A stretch of DNA of 64,000 nt. Source: Pelomyxa schiedti. Taxonomy: Eukaryota > Protista > Evosea. Positions 11,340 to 26,060 of the stretch are shown here, piece by piece. Each line of letters begins with the position of its first letter. The first letter of the stretch is position 1. The translations under genes were made by a program, and so were the position numbers. Location of the stretch: NCBI GenBank assembly GCA_020536535.1, contig JAHLWZ010000714.1:42167-106166 (forward strand). Reading direction: 5' to 3'. The notes under the pieces were generated by a model. It ran no database searches, was not told where the DNA came from, and saw only the letters and a list, made by a program, of their open reading frames with translations.

Positions 11340-14300
11340 CTACCAAAACGGGCACCTGTTGGTTTTTGTTACGTGATATCGAATTGCAGAAGGTGGTGAA
11401 GGAAACGCACCATCCAACATAACACTGGCAGAGATTCTCGTGAGATGTGGCTTGTTTAATAAGTTTGTCCACCTAGCAAATGTTGTGAGTGGTTGTATTT
11501 CTGGTGTAGTTGCGTGGGTACCTGGTCATGTACATTCAACACATCACTTGAAAAATCTCTTCCAGTTAATTTCCGATTTACTCGTTTTAAAACGGAAATG
11601 GCTCGATCATTTAGCACTTCTGATCTATGGTCGTACTCGTTTACTGCAACTGGTATAGAACAACGGTGAGTGGAGATAGACAGAGACCTACACACCAGAT
11701 TCTTTGTGGGACAGATAAACACGACGGCCTGGTGTGTCGCTTTGAGCTCCATCTAGAATGTTGGTTTCAAGAGGGGCAGAAAGGAATAATCTTACCGGCA
11801 AGGGTTGGTGGTCCCCATTCATCTGGAGGTTGTGCATTCATTTTATCTATCATCTATTTAGGACGAACTACATTTTATTGGGGATTTACTTGGCGATTTT
11901 GAAGTAAGAAGTCGCCAGTTGATAAGTGGGTCGTACACAAAAGCCTCAAGTACAGCCATTAAGCTCTCCTTGTTTGCCCGTAGAACATTCATCACTTTCT
12001 CACAGGTGAAACGGAAGTTGCCCTCAATGCCACTCACTTCCATGGCGTTAATAAGCATGCGTGTAAGGCGGAAAGGAATTCGTTCAGGAAACTTGTCTCT
12101 GTGCATTGCTACCTCAAAGCAATCTCCAAAATCGATATGAATCACTTGGCACGTGTTGCGTTCAAGCATAAGGTTGCTTGGGTGTCGATCTCCAAGGCCC
12201 AGTATGTATCCAACCATTGACATTACAGCCATGGACCGTGTGTAAGTTGTTCGCCTCTCAAGCCACACCTAAACGAATTGAGAAATGAGTTATGCTTCTC
12301 GTGCTCTCGTTTCAACCTCAGAGTTGGCACTCTTTAGCCATAACACACGTTCCAAATCAAGTCCCTCTTGAATGGTAAGAGGGTATTCAAAAACTTCTAC
12401 TTTTTGTATCACGGTGAGGTTGTCGTAAGTTGGTGCTATTTGAAGCATTAAACGATGTTCAACGTTCAACCAGATTTCGTGCGTGTCACTAGGAAGGGGT
12501 GAGAAAGGCACACTCAGGCAGAGAACTACCGATATTCCCGAATAAGCTGGTGAAGGGTGTCTGAGTGCTGCACCCAGCCAATGAGGCCCGAGTTGTGGGA
12601 CAATGGAACAACTGCAAAAGTACGAATGGAAAGATGAGATTTGGAAGTTTCACTGTTGCTGGAGAGAAGGTTATTGACAAGACTGAAGAGTTGCATGACA
12701 CGTTCATCTTGACGAAGGTCCTCATGGCCTGTTTTACCTATAAATCTGGCCAACAGTAAGGGAGTATTTATAAACCTTTTAGCAGAAATTTATATTCGAC
12801 ATCATTGGAGCCAATAATTGTGAGTTTACGAGGTCGTTGTTTTGATGTAATCACGGACAGAACAGGTGCAACTTGCTTGATTTCGATGACAGGTTCCCCG
12901 GGTCTATAGGTACCTGGTACAGCAAGTTTGAGGTCCTTTGCCTGTTCCAGTTTGTCAGACACATATTGAAGTTCCAGAGTGGTCATTTGATGAAGCTGTT
13001 TTCCAATGCGGCGGAAAACCTTAGTTTGTTGTAATTTCCAGAGGATATATGCGCATATTTAACGGCACTTACATGGTAATAGAGGTCCCATGCCTGATGA
13101 ATATCAGAGGCCGAATTGGTGCGTTGATACTTCTGTACAAAGTTTACGGAAACTCAAATTGAAAATGAAGATGCCTTGCACCACTCCAAGGCCTCTTGAA
13201 GATCATGACCATATTGATTTTTAAAGGAGCGTTCTCGCTGAGTTTCTGGTCCCTAGGAAGAGGAAGTTTCTACACAACAGGGGAGGGAGAATATTCAACT
13301 TACCCGTTCAAGCATCTGGTGCAGAGGAGCAAGAGCTGCTAGCATTCCCCCCAAATTGTGTTCCACGTAGAATGCCCGGGAAGCTTCCTCCAAGCCATCA
13401 TGCCACATCTCGTGCCATAATATTGCAACCCTTTCAAAGTTACTCAAACTACATGGAGGGATAGCCCTGCCTAATAAGCTCTTGAGAGACAATTAGAGCT
13501 TGATCAATAAGAATAGCTGACTGTTTTCTCATTTTCCCAATGATGTTGTTTGCAGCCTCTAACCGCGCAGCATTTTGTGACTAGATAGATTGGAGCTTCA
13601 GTTTTCATTAGTACTTGGTCTATTGTGAACCTTGGAGGCAACAGTGAGTGGAAACACGACAGCCTGTGGATGTTGCTTCCCAACGCCCGTAAGTAGTTCA
13701 TGGGTGAGATGACGAATGGAGGGTATGTTGGAGTGAATGCGAGCAATGATCTATTAAAAACATTACAAAAGAAAACTGGACATTGAATAGGTAAGGAACC
13801 TGCGGAATCACTTGAATCCATGTGTTGATATTTACAGTACTAAAGCCTTCAATTAAAGCATTTTCAACTTCTTTATTTTGACCATGTTTAAACAGCAACG
13901 ATAAAAGTCTTTCCAAGATTTTGAGAGGGAAAAAAAAGTGAGGGTTTAGTTAACCGTAAAGCATCTTGGATAGTTTGAGTTGGGCCAAGTGAAATTGACT
14001 TAAAGAAGCCTTGTATTGCTGTAACAATAAAGCTGACAATACGGTCTGTAGGGACACTTTGCCTCTCATAGTGGGAAATTACCTGAAGTACCATTAGAGC
14101 AAGAATATGTGAGTAATGTACTTCAAAGTTTGTTAAAGCCCATGCATGCCAGGCTTTGTACCAATTGCTATTGCACTCAATGGCATTTTTTAGAGAAGAA
14201 AGAATTTCACTCACGGCGTCCTTAGCAAGGAGATGAGAAATGAGAATATGGTTTGTGAGATACATCAGTAAGGGGAAATCGATTTTTTAAGTGGACATCT

Positions 14301-17300
14301 GTTGTTGCATATCTGTTTCTTTGATGTATTTCATTGGCATCTTCCTGTATTTGCGAGAGGTATAATTGCCACTCACCAAGTTTTAGATAGGCATGCCCTA
14401 TAATTTCCATTTTACTGCTGGGTTATGAGTCTAATAGAAACATTACCTTTTGTGTGTAGGTCACTGGAATTCTCTATGCACTGGGAGAAAGCTTGAAGCA
14501 ACTCAAAGGCCCTTACACTGTTTTGAGTTGTAACAGTACTTGAACCCCACAATGTTTTGATAAAAGCGAACGCTACCTAGGTGGGAGTTGTAAATGGACC
14601 AAATGGATTAATTCAAGAACCTTTGGATACTGCATTGGAAGTTTGGAACAATCTGGTTGTAGTTCATATCCAATGAGGTTGTTTAAAGTTTTGATAGCAA
14701 GTCTCTGTTGCCCACTTTTACGACACAGACCAACAAACTTCAGCCAAATGTCCATGTTTTCCTTTGTTATGAGTTTCTTTCCCGTGGACCAAAGGACTGT
14801 AAGAAGTACCTGTGGGGAAACGACGAGACTATGAATGCTGAGAAGCTGTTGCCAAGTATCTAAGTCATACTTGCACCCTTTTAATCTTCTCTCCCAAGTG
14901 CTTCTTATCATGTTTTTCCGTTCAGCCGAGTTTGTTTTCTTGTACTCAATGACCTCCTATTTTAAGAAATGAGTGCTAAATGCCAATCTCACATTTGGAA
15001 CAAATACTTCAAGTTCAGATAACTGTTGCACCAGCACTACAGTGCTATAGGCCCGGTCATAGCTCTCCCTTGAGAAAAAGGTGAGTCATTTATCTTCTAA
15101 ACGTTCTCAGACTTACCCGAGAAGGGCAGTCAACTTGGTGTCCAATAAAGTGCGTGTTCTGGTTATGTAATCTTGGGCAATATCAAAGTGATTGTTATGG
15201 ATTTCAAGAATAGCACAGTAAAAGCTTCCGCTGACAGAATCTGTGCCCATGGTCTCTACGTACTCATTCATTTTCTAACTCGGGTGAACGATTTACATGA
15301 AACCACAAGAGCAACACACGTTCCAGAAAGCCAAATTGAGTGATGAAGCAGCTGCCAGAGGAGCCATCTCCTTCTTGATATCTGGGGTCGCAGTGTTCCA
15401 GTGTGCTTGAGAGAGTTCAGCCAGTTGGTCCCATTCACCAATTGCATGCAGGCAACGCATTTGACCAAGAAGAGTGTTAAAGTTTGTAGGACCTTCCCTG
15501 GATTTGGCTTCATAGACAGCCAAAGCCTCTATTAAGGGGGAGAAAGGAGCAATTGAATTAACGCCAACATGGTAGCACCCATACGTTCCCACTTTCCCAG
15601 CTTTTCGTATAAACTCTCTTGCAATTCAACTGTTTGGTGTTGCTTTGCATAGGCAACTATTCCTTCTGCCGCTTCCGGCTGTTGCAGTTGATGGTTTATA
15701 CTTATCAGTTCTTCGATAATACCTGGGGAGTTTGGCTTTTGTTGAAACTCCATTTCCTAGGGTATGGGGATAAGCAATAGTAGACCTTTATTATATTGCA
15801 CCTTGTAGTGTAAAGCTTTTGCATAAGCATGGCAACGCTGGGCAATGGAACCCAATTTCTCTATTGGTAAGGCTTTTTCTTCATGCTCCATGTCTTAAAA
15901 GGGTGAGGAAATGTGACTATCTGGTAAGAAGTGTTACATTCAGTGAGATTCAACAAAGTCTGTAAAATTTCATGTGGCATGCTCTCGATGTTCAAAACGC
16001 TTTCCAGATTCGTGACAAGTTGAACTTGAAGAGATTCGTGAAGTTCATTCCATACTGACAGGAAGACTGCATTGAAGAGTTCTTTTACCAGTGGGGGATA
16101 ATCCAAAGCCTGGCCAGGAAAATCATTATTTTGTTTCCGTGTAGAGGTCGTGGTACCAAAGCAAGACAAGCATTTAAGGAAGGGTCAGGCGATTCTGCTA
16201 TTAAGGCACCACTGAACTTCCGCATCCACTCAAGCCAGTCATCCTTGGACACACGTTGGGCAGAGGACTCCCACGCTGTGAGAAATGAGTGGACACAGAA
16301 AATAAAAGAAAAGACCTTGTTGTATGACACGCACAGTAGTTGCCTTTTTTTTACCCTTCAATGATAACTCATCTTTCACGGGGTCTTTTTCAGAGTCTTT
16401 GCTACTGCTAATCCTTAATTGCAATGATATATGGTAACGGGTCAACCTCTCTACACTTTCTTTCTCATCTATAAGAGGCTGCCCCGCCAGAAGGGCCCCA
16501 ACCAATGCCTCATATTCGGGGTAGACAATTCTGTATTTAACAAGATTCTTTCGTACCTGAGAAAGTTAAAAAAAACCAGTTTTAAAATGGGTTGGCTACC
16601 ATTGGAATGAAAATGGAGTAGTCACTACCAAGTCTCCGAATGAGAGTGCATAATGTCTAGTTGAATTACAAAAAAACATAGGGTAGAAAATGGGGAACCT
16701 TCATGATTTCTTCACGTAAAGGGGAGGGTGGGTTTTTCTCCAATAGGCGGTTCAAAGGGTGGATAATTTTTAAAACGTGATCGGAAAAGTTTAATTTTGT
16801 GCACAGCCTAGCTAAAGTGTAAATGAATATTGTCAGAGTAGTGTCATACATTTTAAGAGTTTCAATGGCAGATTTTACAATTGGGGCATCATTTTGCTCA
16901 AACAACCCAACCTTCATGAAGTAAGGACATTAAAAAAACCGGACTTAAAATGTACAATAGCAGGAATAATGAGGTGCAAATACTCCTCAATATTAGTCCC
17001 GAAGGTTTCCAAAGCCTTCAGAATCTTTGTGACATTAACTGGCTTGATTCGACTTGGTTGTAGTTCTTGTAGAATAAGAGGAATCAATCTAGGAAGAGAA
17101 GCCTAGTTTTGGGTTAAAAAGAAGAGAAAAAGTAAAAAAGCTAGTTGCCTTGAATTCTTCATTCAAAGCACAGGAAATTTGCTCTGCTAGTGCCAGGATA
17201 GGTGTTAGCAGTACAGGGTCCCAGAATTCCAGCATAAGCTGGTCACGAATTTACAAGGGTGCAAATGAATGACAGGAACCAACATTAAAAAGATTTTCCG

Positions 17301-20300
17301 CATAATCTCGTATGTGTTGCTTGACAATTGCAACAAGATCAGCCAATGCTTTAAAAATCTGTTCTCGAAAACCTTCGCAGAGTTATTATAAACAAAAACA
17401 AAGAGAGGCTCCACCAGCTTCACATTTGTGCATAACATGTATCAACTCAGGAACAACAATGGGAAGAAATTTTCTACATCCCATTCCTAAGTTATGAAGA
17501 CTTAACATAAGATCGGTCAAAACGACTTCACGGTTCTAAGTGAGTCAAGGTATACAAACAGTGTGAAAGTGTAAAAGTACAAAAGGATACAACAGAGAGG
17601 TTAGGGTCACGCATAATTTTCATTAGGGCAGTGATAACAACAGTAGGGTTGTATTCTTCACTACTAGAGGAAACTGTTGGAAGAGCAAGTTCACTACTTG
17701 CTGTCGATCCTGTGGAATGTGAGAAAAGATAATACATGATAGGAATACTACCTGGGGTAGTACTAGCAGAGGAAAGATTGGCTTGAACGACCATCTAAAA
17801 CGTCATGACTAAGCAGAAAAGAAGGGAAAAAAAAAAAAAAAAAGGGAGACTTGGGAGGTGGAAGAAAGACTGAAAGAAAAGAAATTTACCTTGTGTCTAT
17901 AGGGGTCCACAGCTCCCAAAATGCCAAGAACTTTCAGAAGTTCGGATCTAATTGTTGAACTTCTCTCTGAAGATATTCCCTGCATTATAATCTCTAGTAG
18001 GTCCTTGTAATCAAGGAACGGGTCTATGACATATCCTGTGTGTCTGACGAGCTCACCTAGTGTGTGCAGAGCAACCTCTCGTTTTGCAACTCGCTTAGCT
18101 ATATCGGATAAACTTCACAAGGGTCATAAAACACATGGGATTACTTGTAGCACTCTGGTCTTTCAGAATGGTAATGATGAGAGGAACTAATTCTTTTACA
18201 TGAGGAACCATTGACTCTGCACCCACAACAGCAAGATCACCCAAAGTTCCTAGTACACTTTGTTCCACTCTAGTACTAGAGTCTAAACAATCAAATAAGA
18301 ACCCACTACTCCAGCTGTAGTTAAACACACCAGGCCCCAATTTCGGTAACAATGCTTTTAAGATAGAGTCTACATAAGGCCTGATTAACTTCTCTGATGA
18401 TACAATGAGACGGCCTAGGAGAATTGCACTCTCTTCCTTGCTCTTGTTATCACCAGAGTACTCTTTTTTTAAAAAATGGATTTGACTTGAGATGAGAATT
18501 AATTGGAAAGTGAGATACCAAGTTCAGTCAACAGTTGCAATAAAGTTTTACGTAGAGAAGGCATGACATAGGCTGGATTGCGTAAAGTTAGACGACCAAT
18601 GATCACAATTGCCAGCTCTCTGATCTGAGGAAGAAAATTAGCCTAGATTTGAAATATTTTAGTCAACTTCAAAACACTCGTCATTCAAAGCTGTGAAAAG
18701 AGATCTCAAGTTTTCTGCTTGGGATAGGTGCTGGTCAAATCTGGGTTCAAGTTTTTCAAAAACTGTCTTTCTGATTTCTGGTTCTGTTTGATGAAAACAT
18801 AATTAGAATCACGTTTCTGGAAGAAGAAAAATGACCTGAATCAGTAATACCGACCATCAATAACTTTTGTAGAACCTCAGAAATTACCTCCCCAGAGTGA
18901 CCTCGAACTGGCAGTGGATCACCACCACCCAACATGACATTCGAACATGTAATGGCAGCTTCTTGGCGTATGACCCTAAAATTGTATGAATCGAAAGCAG
19001 TACAAACAACCAATTTACGGAGAATCGGAATCAAGAAAATGAACCCAATCACGTAAGTGCCGGACATCAAGAGCCCCAAAACCAAAGGATCCCAGGGTAT
19101 GCAAAGCAAGGATAAGCTGTGGGTCAGGTTCAACAGTCTAGTAATAGAATAAGTGATAAACAGATGTGGGTTGGTAGTCACCCCACGAGATCCAGGGACT
19201 CCTGTATGGGAGATAGAATTTTTCAATACCTAGGTTGCTTGTGGGAAAATGAAGGAAAAAACGCAATACCTACAGAGTTAATCAAGGCAAAAAGGTTTTT
19301 GTCAATTTCTTTTTCCAGTAATGGCATAAATGCATAGTTTCTATGATTAGAACTTGTGTACTGTTTTAGTTCATGCAGGGAATCAACTAATGAGCTGCTT
19401 AAACCTAATTGAACAGCAGCTTCTGAAATAGGAGGTAATTAAAAAATGAAAATGAAAAAGGAAGAACTTACTAATAATTTGAATGAGATGCGGCTCAATT
19501 TTGTCAGGCTGTATTGTCCCTGATTCGTATCCAGTTTTAAACTGTTTGGTCAGTTTTGCCATGCAAGTTAGAGCAGCAAGGCAAGGCTTTTTTGGCTGCA
19601 GAGCTGTGCTTATTTCCTGAAGTATTGTCTGTGCACAGAAGAGTATATGTGAACCAACAATCTTTTCATAGATTTGAGTATGTGGCTGAAAGAGAGATAG
19701 CTATAATATAACTTGAGATAGGGAGCCCAAGGACTCAAAAGCAAGAGATTTGTCATGCTGTCCTGGTTTGGTTGCACCCAGCAAGAAGGTAACCCATCCT
19801 GATAAAGAAGATTCCACGAATTCCTTTGTGTAAGGCTCTTGAGCTAAATCCGGAATACTTGAAATGACTGAAGTTTGTTGTGGTTTGTTTTAATAAGAAT
19901 TCAAGAGAAAATGAAGAGTGACAAGACACACCAGATCGTCTAACAAGTCTGTCCTTGTCCCTTGAGTTTTTCTCTTTTGCTAACCTCTGGAATACCCTGT
20001 GGACCTGGTCATATCGGGTCTTGATGTCAGGCTTTATTTTGACATCAAGTTTATGATCCATCCAGTCCGCAGCATGTCTAAGCAAAGAGACTATGCCATT
20101 ATCAAAATACCAATAAGGTGAAGGTAATATGATATACCGTAAGTCAGAAGGGCTCCATGAATGGTTTCAGGTGTAGGTGAGGCACTTCCAGTTATTTGCT
20201 CAGCAGCACTGTAGATTGTATTATACCAGCCTTGCTTTTGAGTATTATCACGATTTTTTGCGCATATATCAAGGCAGGCATTCAGTGCCTCATGAGACTC

Positions 20301-21270
20301 GAGCCGTACGCCTATCTGGTTTGTTGTAAGTTAATGGATTCAGCACGGGGTAACCACATTTTGGTGATGGAGTGCTGATGTAATGTCCTTCATGAAGGCG
20401 GGTAAATGTGAAGAAAATAGGACAGGAACGTTTATTGCCAATTCTTTCAGAACCATCACCGCACATAACCTTCTTTCTGTCTATTTGAGGATTTTCCAAG
20501 TTAGGAAGCAAAATGCCAACAGATAAAAGCTACTTGTGGTGAGGGTAGCAACTGTATGGCAGCATCAAGTTGAGTTTCCACACACTCAGCAGATGAATTG
20601 CCACCAATTCTGGCCAAGTGACCTGTGTGTGTTAGGAAATAAAAAGAAGAAAGGGGCAAATCACCAAGGGCACGAGATGAGGTGAAAATAACAGTGGAGT
20701 CATTTACTGTTAGTGCCTTCTGTAATAAAGTGCAAAAATGGGCAATGTTTTCCTCGAATTCAGGATCAATTAACTGATCTTAAGTGAGTCAGTGACTGAG
20801 AATTTAGGTTTGCAGCATTACCTATTGCATACACAACATTGATTTTTTCAATAAGCATAGCAGAGGGTTCCAAGAGGCAACCCAGTAAGGAGTTAAGAGT
20901 TCCTATGAACCTTTGGACATTGAGTGCATTGCAAGCAAAAAAGAAAGAAAGAAGAACAAGAACTGATGCCTACTTGGTGAGACCTTCACCAAACAGGTCA
21001 CGAAGGCACGAGAATACAAAGGCCCGTAGGTTTCTCACTGTTCGTTCGCGTGTCTCGTCATTTCTAGCCCACAATAGTAACACCAGTGAGACCACAATTT
21101 TTAAAATAAATGAATAAGAAAAAAAAAAAAAATAAAATAAAATAAAAGAAAAGAAAATAAAATGTGCAGCGCTGTGTACTACACCACCTTGATAATCTAA
21201 GGTCACCAATATGCTTGCACAGTGGATCGTACCACGGCTCTGTTGGCGTCGCCGGTGTCTGTTGCGACAT
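11340..21270 (-). CDS. TOR: Target of rapamycin (TOR) PIKK kinase: HEAT repeats, FAT, FRB, kinase, FATC; roughly 50 introns (estimate)
   Basis: [16 protein letters not shown] (FRB), [48 protein letters not shown]-terminal [14 protein letters not shown]-stop (TAG 11340-11342); ATG 21270. Confidence 0.97.
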
Positions 21271-21514
21271 TCTAGATCTTGCAGCAGATGCGTCGGTTTA
21301 ATACTCAAAGACTGTGCGTTGGTGTCTCCCGAAAAAACCACCAAACAGACTCGTGTCCTCTGGGCGACAGACCGCCTCAGCAAATATTTTAGGTTTTTGT
21401 GGCTTTTACGGCAATTTGGGGTTTGATAGGTTCGGGCACTGAGAATTCGGCGAGAAATTCGATCACCAAACGCAACAATGTGACGTTCCTTGGTGTTGTG
21501 TGCTTGTTGTTGCA

Positions 21515-22953
21515 TCAGACGAAATACTGGTCCAGCCACTGTGAATAACGAGAGGCCAGCCTGCGTTGCATTTCGAAGTGGCAAACGGTTTTGTCATTAA
21601 GGACTGTGGTGACGAAGTCCCTTTCACTTTTGGGAGTGAAGCTAAATCACAGTTAGGGCAATGGGGAAACGTGAATGGGTACCATTGTGTATCTGTCTTG
21701 CTTGTTGTCTGGTCCGCATCGGTGAGCTGAAGCCCGTTAGTATCGGGAGGAAACCCCAAGGGGTGCTTACTGTATTATCAGTGGAGTGGTTCAGGGTTTG
21801 GTGGGACCAAACGGTTTCGTAGCAACTCCTGCATTTCCAAGTGTTCAACAATGCTCTCCGGTGAGCCCACAATGCTTCATGTCCAGGATAGAAGCAAATC
21901 ATGTCTCGATTCTGTTGAAGTGCGGCGAGGATCCGCGTGCAAACAGTGCATGGTAGTGCCACCGAGCTTCTCATGTTATTGGTGGGTACTATTTGGAAGG
22001 CTAACCAGTTGCAGGGTTGGCTTAGTGAAGCAAAATGTGCTAATAAGACTATCTTGTAGTGCATTCCCGAGTGGTCGGAGATGTTGGAGTTTATCCAGCG
22101 GTCAGCCCACTCCAGCTCTTTGCTCACCTAGTTTGTCTGTCATGTACTTGGTGCATGGGCAAAATACTTTAAGAAAATCAGCACATCGAGAAATGCACCA
22201 CGAGCGGTGGCACCAACAATAGTAGTTCTTTGGATACTGCTGAGCAACCTTAGCACATATACTGAATTCTGAATCCCATTGCATGAGATCAATGCCTGAG
22301 GTGTGAAAAAGATGCTCCAAAATCCATCGCCTTAGAAGATGAGTGCACAGAGCTTTCATCTTGCACACACCTATGTGCCCAGGCTTCATTTGACTTGGAA
22401 AATTTGGTGAATATCAAGTTCAAGAGGTGGAGTTCTTGTACAGGAGAAACCTCCCCTGAGAGAATCAAAGACTTTCTTTTTTCATAACTATTAAACCAAG
22501 AAGGCTGAAGTGAAGTGGAAACCTCATGTTAAAGGCAGAATAACACATTGGAGATAGCACAATCATTATCCGTGTAACAGACTTTTTCAGACTGAGATCT
22601 GTGATATCTCTTTGATATGGCTTGTAAAAATCTTCATAAACTTTTTCACGAGGTTTAAGAGGAGGGTGATACCTGGGGTTGGAGAGGCCATAATGTCATG
22701 AAAGAGATTTCTTGCTCGCAAGAAAAGTGGCTTTAGCCACACGGCACTGACAGACAACTTCTTATGCCTCACAACTGTACCTTGCCTGCCAGCGCCGGAC
22801 TTTGGGAGCGTTCTGTCCGGTACCTCTTCATCGCTTTGGAGAATACTCAATGCGGGAACCGACGCTAGTACATTCAAAGTCTCCTTGGCCGGAACACTCT
22901 CAGAATCAAGGTGCACCGTAACTCCCAACTCCGTTCTGCAAATCAGTACATTC

Positions 22954-22985
<32 letters not shown>

Positions 22986-23177
22986 ACACAAAGAATCATC
23001 ATCTAGGGCAGCGTCCAGGTCGCGCCATGCACGGTCGATCAGGATCTCCAGATCCGCGTCGCAGGGGGATCCGATGTTGGCATCTACACGGTCATACGTC
23101 ACGGTGCCCACTGACGATCCAACGACAACCCCGCGACCGCCAACCTTCCCATCACAATTCGATGCGCCACGCTTCAT
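21515..23177 (-). CDS. PTAR1: Protein prenyltransferase alpha subunit repeat-containing protein (PTAR1-like)
   Basis: YPKNYYCWCHRSW, ISDHSGMHY, YPGHEALWAHRR, C-terminal QRRLASRYSQWL. Confidence 0.8.
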
Positions 23178-23523
23178 ACGCAACGCCAAAAAGATTTTTT
23201 CCCTTCCTGTGGTTGTCCTGGAAAAAGCTAAACCCTCAACAGGTGTCAGTGCCTTGAAAGTAGTTGTGAGGAACCTAGAACCGCCCTTGGAACGGCAAGG
23301 GGAGCTTGGTCACTGAGGATGGCATTCAAGGAAATGTGAGAATTGGCAAGCTAAACCTCACCCGCCCAGTCGCAAAAACACTCCGCAATAGTATCGACTC
23401 AAAGACCAACACCAAGAACTTGGCTTCATGGGAGGCTGAAGAGGATCATCGGGGGTGTACGATTCGCAGTTGCAAAGCGGCTGTAAATTAGCCGGGCTTA
23501 TTAACAAGTGGTAGCCTGTGACA

Positions 23524-25905
23524 ATGTCGTCGTCGTGCTTGACGAGTTTCGTTACGTGGGTGGGGCGGGGCAAGTTCGCCCACTTCCCGTCGTTCTCCAA
23601 AGGAGGAGCCCCCGACGACGATGAAAACGAAACTATGGGACCAGCCTCCGCCTCCGCCACCTCAGCCGCCGCTGCCGCCTCCCCCCACGTGCATAAAACA
23701 ACTGCCTCCAAATCCAAGCCCACGAAAAGGAGCGCCGAGGGCGACGACGATGACGAGGATTTGGACGGCGACGTGGACCCAGAGGTCATCAAGGAATTCA
23801 ATCTGGAAACATATGACGACGAGGAGTGTATGTCTTTACTTGTCACTGTACTTTTTTTTTCCCTCTTTGTTTGACAATAAAAGTCCATGGTGTATGTAAT
23901 TTTTCATTTTGGATTTTAGCTGTTCCATTGGAGATGGCCCCTGTGTATGAAAATCCAGAGGACGATCCATACTTGGATAACCCACAGGTGCCAATATGTG
24001 CGATTCACTGTATAGATATAAATAGATTACATTACAACAACAACAAAAAAAACACACTCCTGTGTACTATTACGTTGCAGACCACCTTTTTTAGGAAGAA
24101 GAAGATGAAGAAATCGAGGAGCTAACAATTACTGATAACGATCTATTTGTCTTGTCTGCAACGACTGACCTTGATGACAACTTTCACCACCTCGATGTCA
24201 ACTTGTTAGTTGCCGAAATCCATTCCATTTCTAGCACGCAACTGAAGGTTCACACAGATACGAGGAGGATGAAGACAACTTATATTGTCATCATGACATC
24301 TTATTACCAGACTTCCCTCTTTCTCTAGCTTGGATGGAACTTAAGCCCGGACTCAATGGTTTTCTTCCCGTGCTGTTCACTCCCCGTTACACTGTTTTGT
24401 TCCAGGAAACTGTGTTGCTGTTGCAGGGTTCCAGCCAGGTATCGAGCTGTGGGCATTAGATGTAATTGATCCTCTACAACCTCTTGCAACGCTTGGTGGG
24501 CCAGTTGGAGGCACTGAAGGGAAAAAAAGTGTCAAGAAAAAAATCAAGGGTAAAAAGAAGGTTAGAAAACTTCCTGATACAGTAAATACTGAGTTGTCTT
24601 TCAGAAAACTTCCAAAGTCGAACTGGTGCCAGGCAGCCACAGTGATGCAGTTCTTTCTCTTTCGTGGAATGCACACCAGAAGTTTGTTCTTACAATTGCA
24701 TCACATAAAACATCAAACAAATGTTAAACGATTCAAACAGAAACCTCCTGCTAAGTGGGTCTGCTGATAAAACGGTAAAACTTTGGGATTTAGACAAACT
24801 TACCTCTGTTCATACATTCGAATTCCATAGTGATAAAGTACAAACCAGCAATGCCCAAGCTTAAACTCATTTCCTCTCTTCAAGGTTCAATGTGTGCAAT
24901 GGAATCCAGCTGAACCCTCAGTAATTTCAACCACATCCTTCGACCGCACTGTCCGGGTGTTGGATGTCCGAACTGACAAGTGCTCTTTAACATGGTCCCT
25001 TACTGATTCAGATCCAGAGCATACCACATGGAATTCCCTTTATCCCACTCAATTACTGGTATTATACCAGATAGCCCTTATTTGTTTCTCACGTACTACT
25101 TCAGGCCTCCCAGGAAAATGGTAATGTTCTGTGCTTTGATGCACTGAAAGGCGCCTCCACTACATCGACCCCAGCTCCTCCCCTGTGGACACTGGCAGCT
25201 CACTCAAAAGCTACAACAGGAGTCACTGTTTGCTCAGCAGCACGAATGTTCGCCACATCTTCATTGGACAAATATGTGAAACTGTGGTCCTACAGTGAAG
25301 GTTTTCCCCACCTTCTTACATCCAAGAGATCAGAGGTCATCATCCCACTCTCGCAAATAATTAATTGGTCTCATTTCTTGTGAATCACAGGGCAAGGTGT
25401 GCACTGTGTCATTCTGTCCAAGTGATTCGCCTTTCCTTTTGGCCTACAGTGGTAATTCTCCACAAACCAGTGTCTGGAACACCACTGACTCTGCTGTGGT
25501 ACGAAGCACTTTCATCGATAACACTACAACCAGGCCAAATACAACAGCACTTCCACACACACCCACAACAGCCGATTCGCTAGCTCCACTTCCAACCAAT
25601 CCAACAACACCAGAGCCATCTCAAATCCCACCCCCAACAACTGCTGCAACAACTACACCTACACACATCCAAGTCTCTCCCAATTCCCCCGCGCCTGCAC
25701 CAGAAAGTGCAGCGTTGACATCTGCAGCTACCACTCACACAACTGCCATCAAGCCACTGAAAAAGGGCTCTAAAACTAAGCCAAGTCCGGCCGAAACTAA
25801 GGTAATTCTGCCGTATGCATTTGATTTATTGTAACCCTTTTGCAGAAACCCAAGCTGAAGAAGAAAAAAGATAGAAAGTTCAAGAAAGTGGTCTCCTTCT
25901 CCTGA
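23524..25905 (+). CDS. PWP1: Periodic tryptophan protein 1 (WD40, ribosome biogenesis)
   Basis: N-terminal FVTWVGRG, acidic EFNLETYDDEE, NLYCHHDILLPDFPLSLAW, LLSGSADKTVKLWDL WD repeats. Confidence 0.88.
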
Positions 25906-26060
25906 TTCTACCCAAGGTGGCAAAAAAATAAAAAAACAAATTCCTTCAGCATTCCTTACTTTTAGACAGTTTAGTTTTAAAGCTCTCAGCTCTCACTCAC
26001 TTTTTCTTCCCCTTCATTTGCTTGCTGCCTCAAACTCGATTCCTCACTTAAGATTCTCCC

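Noticed and set aside
11340-21270. Alternative genetic code or non-canonical introns explaining the fragmented ORFs
   Set aside because: Every junction I traced resolved with GT-AG introns and the standard code (not all TOR introns were checked).
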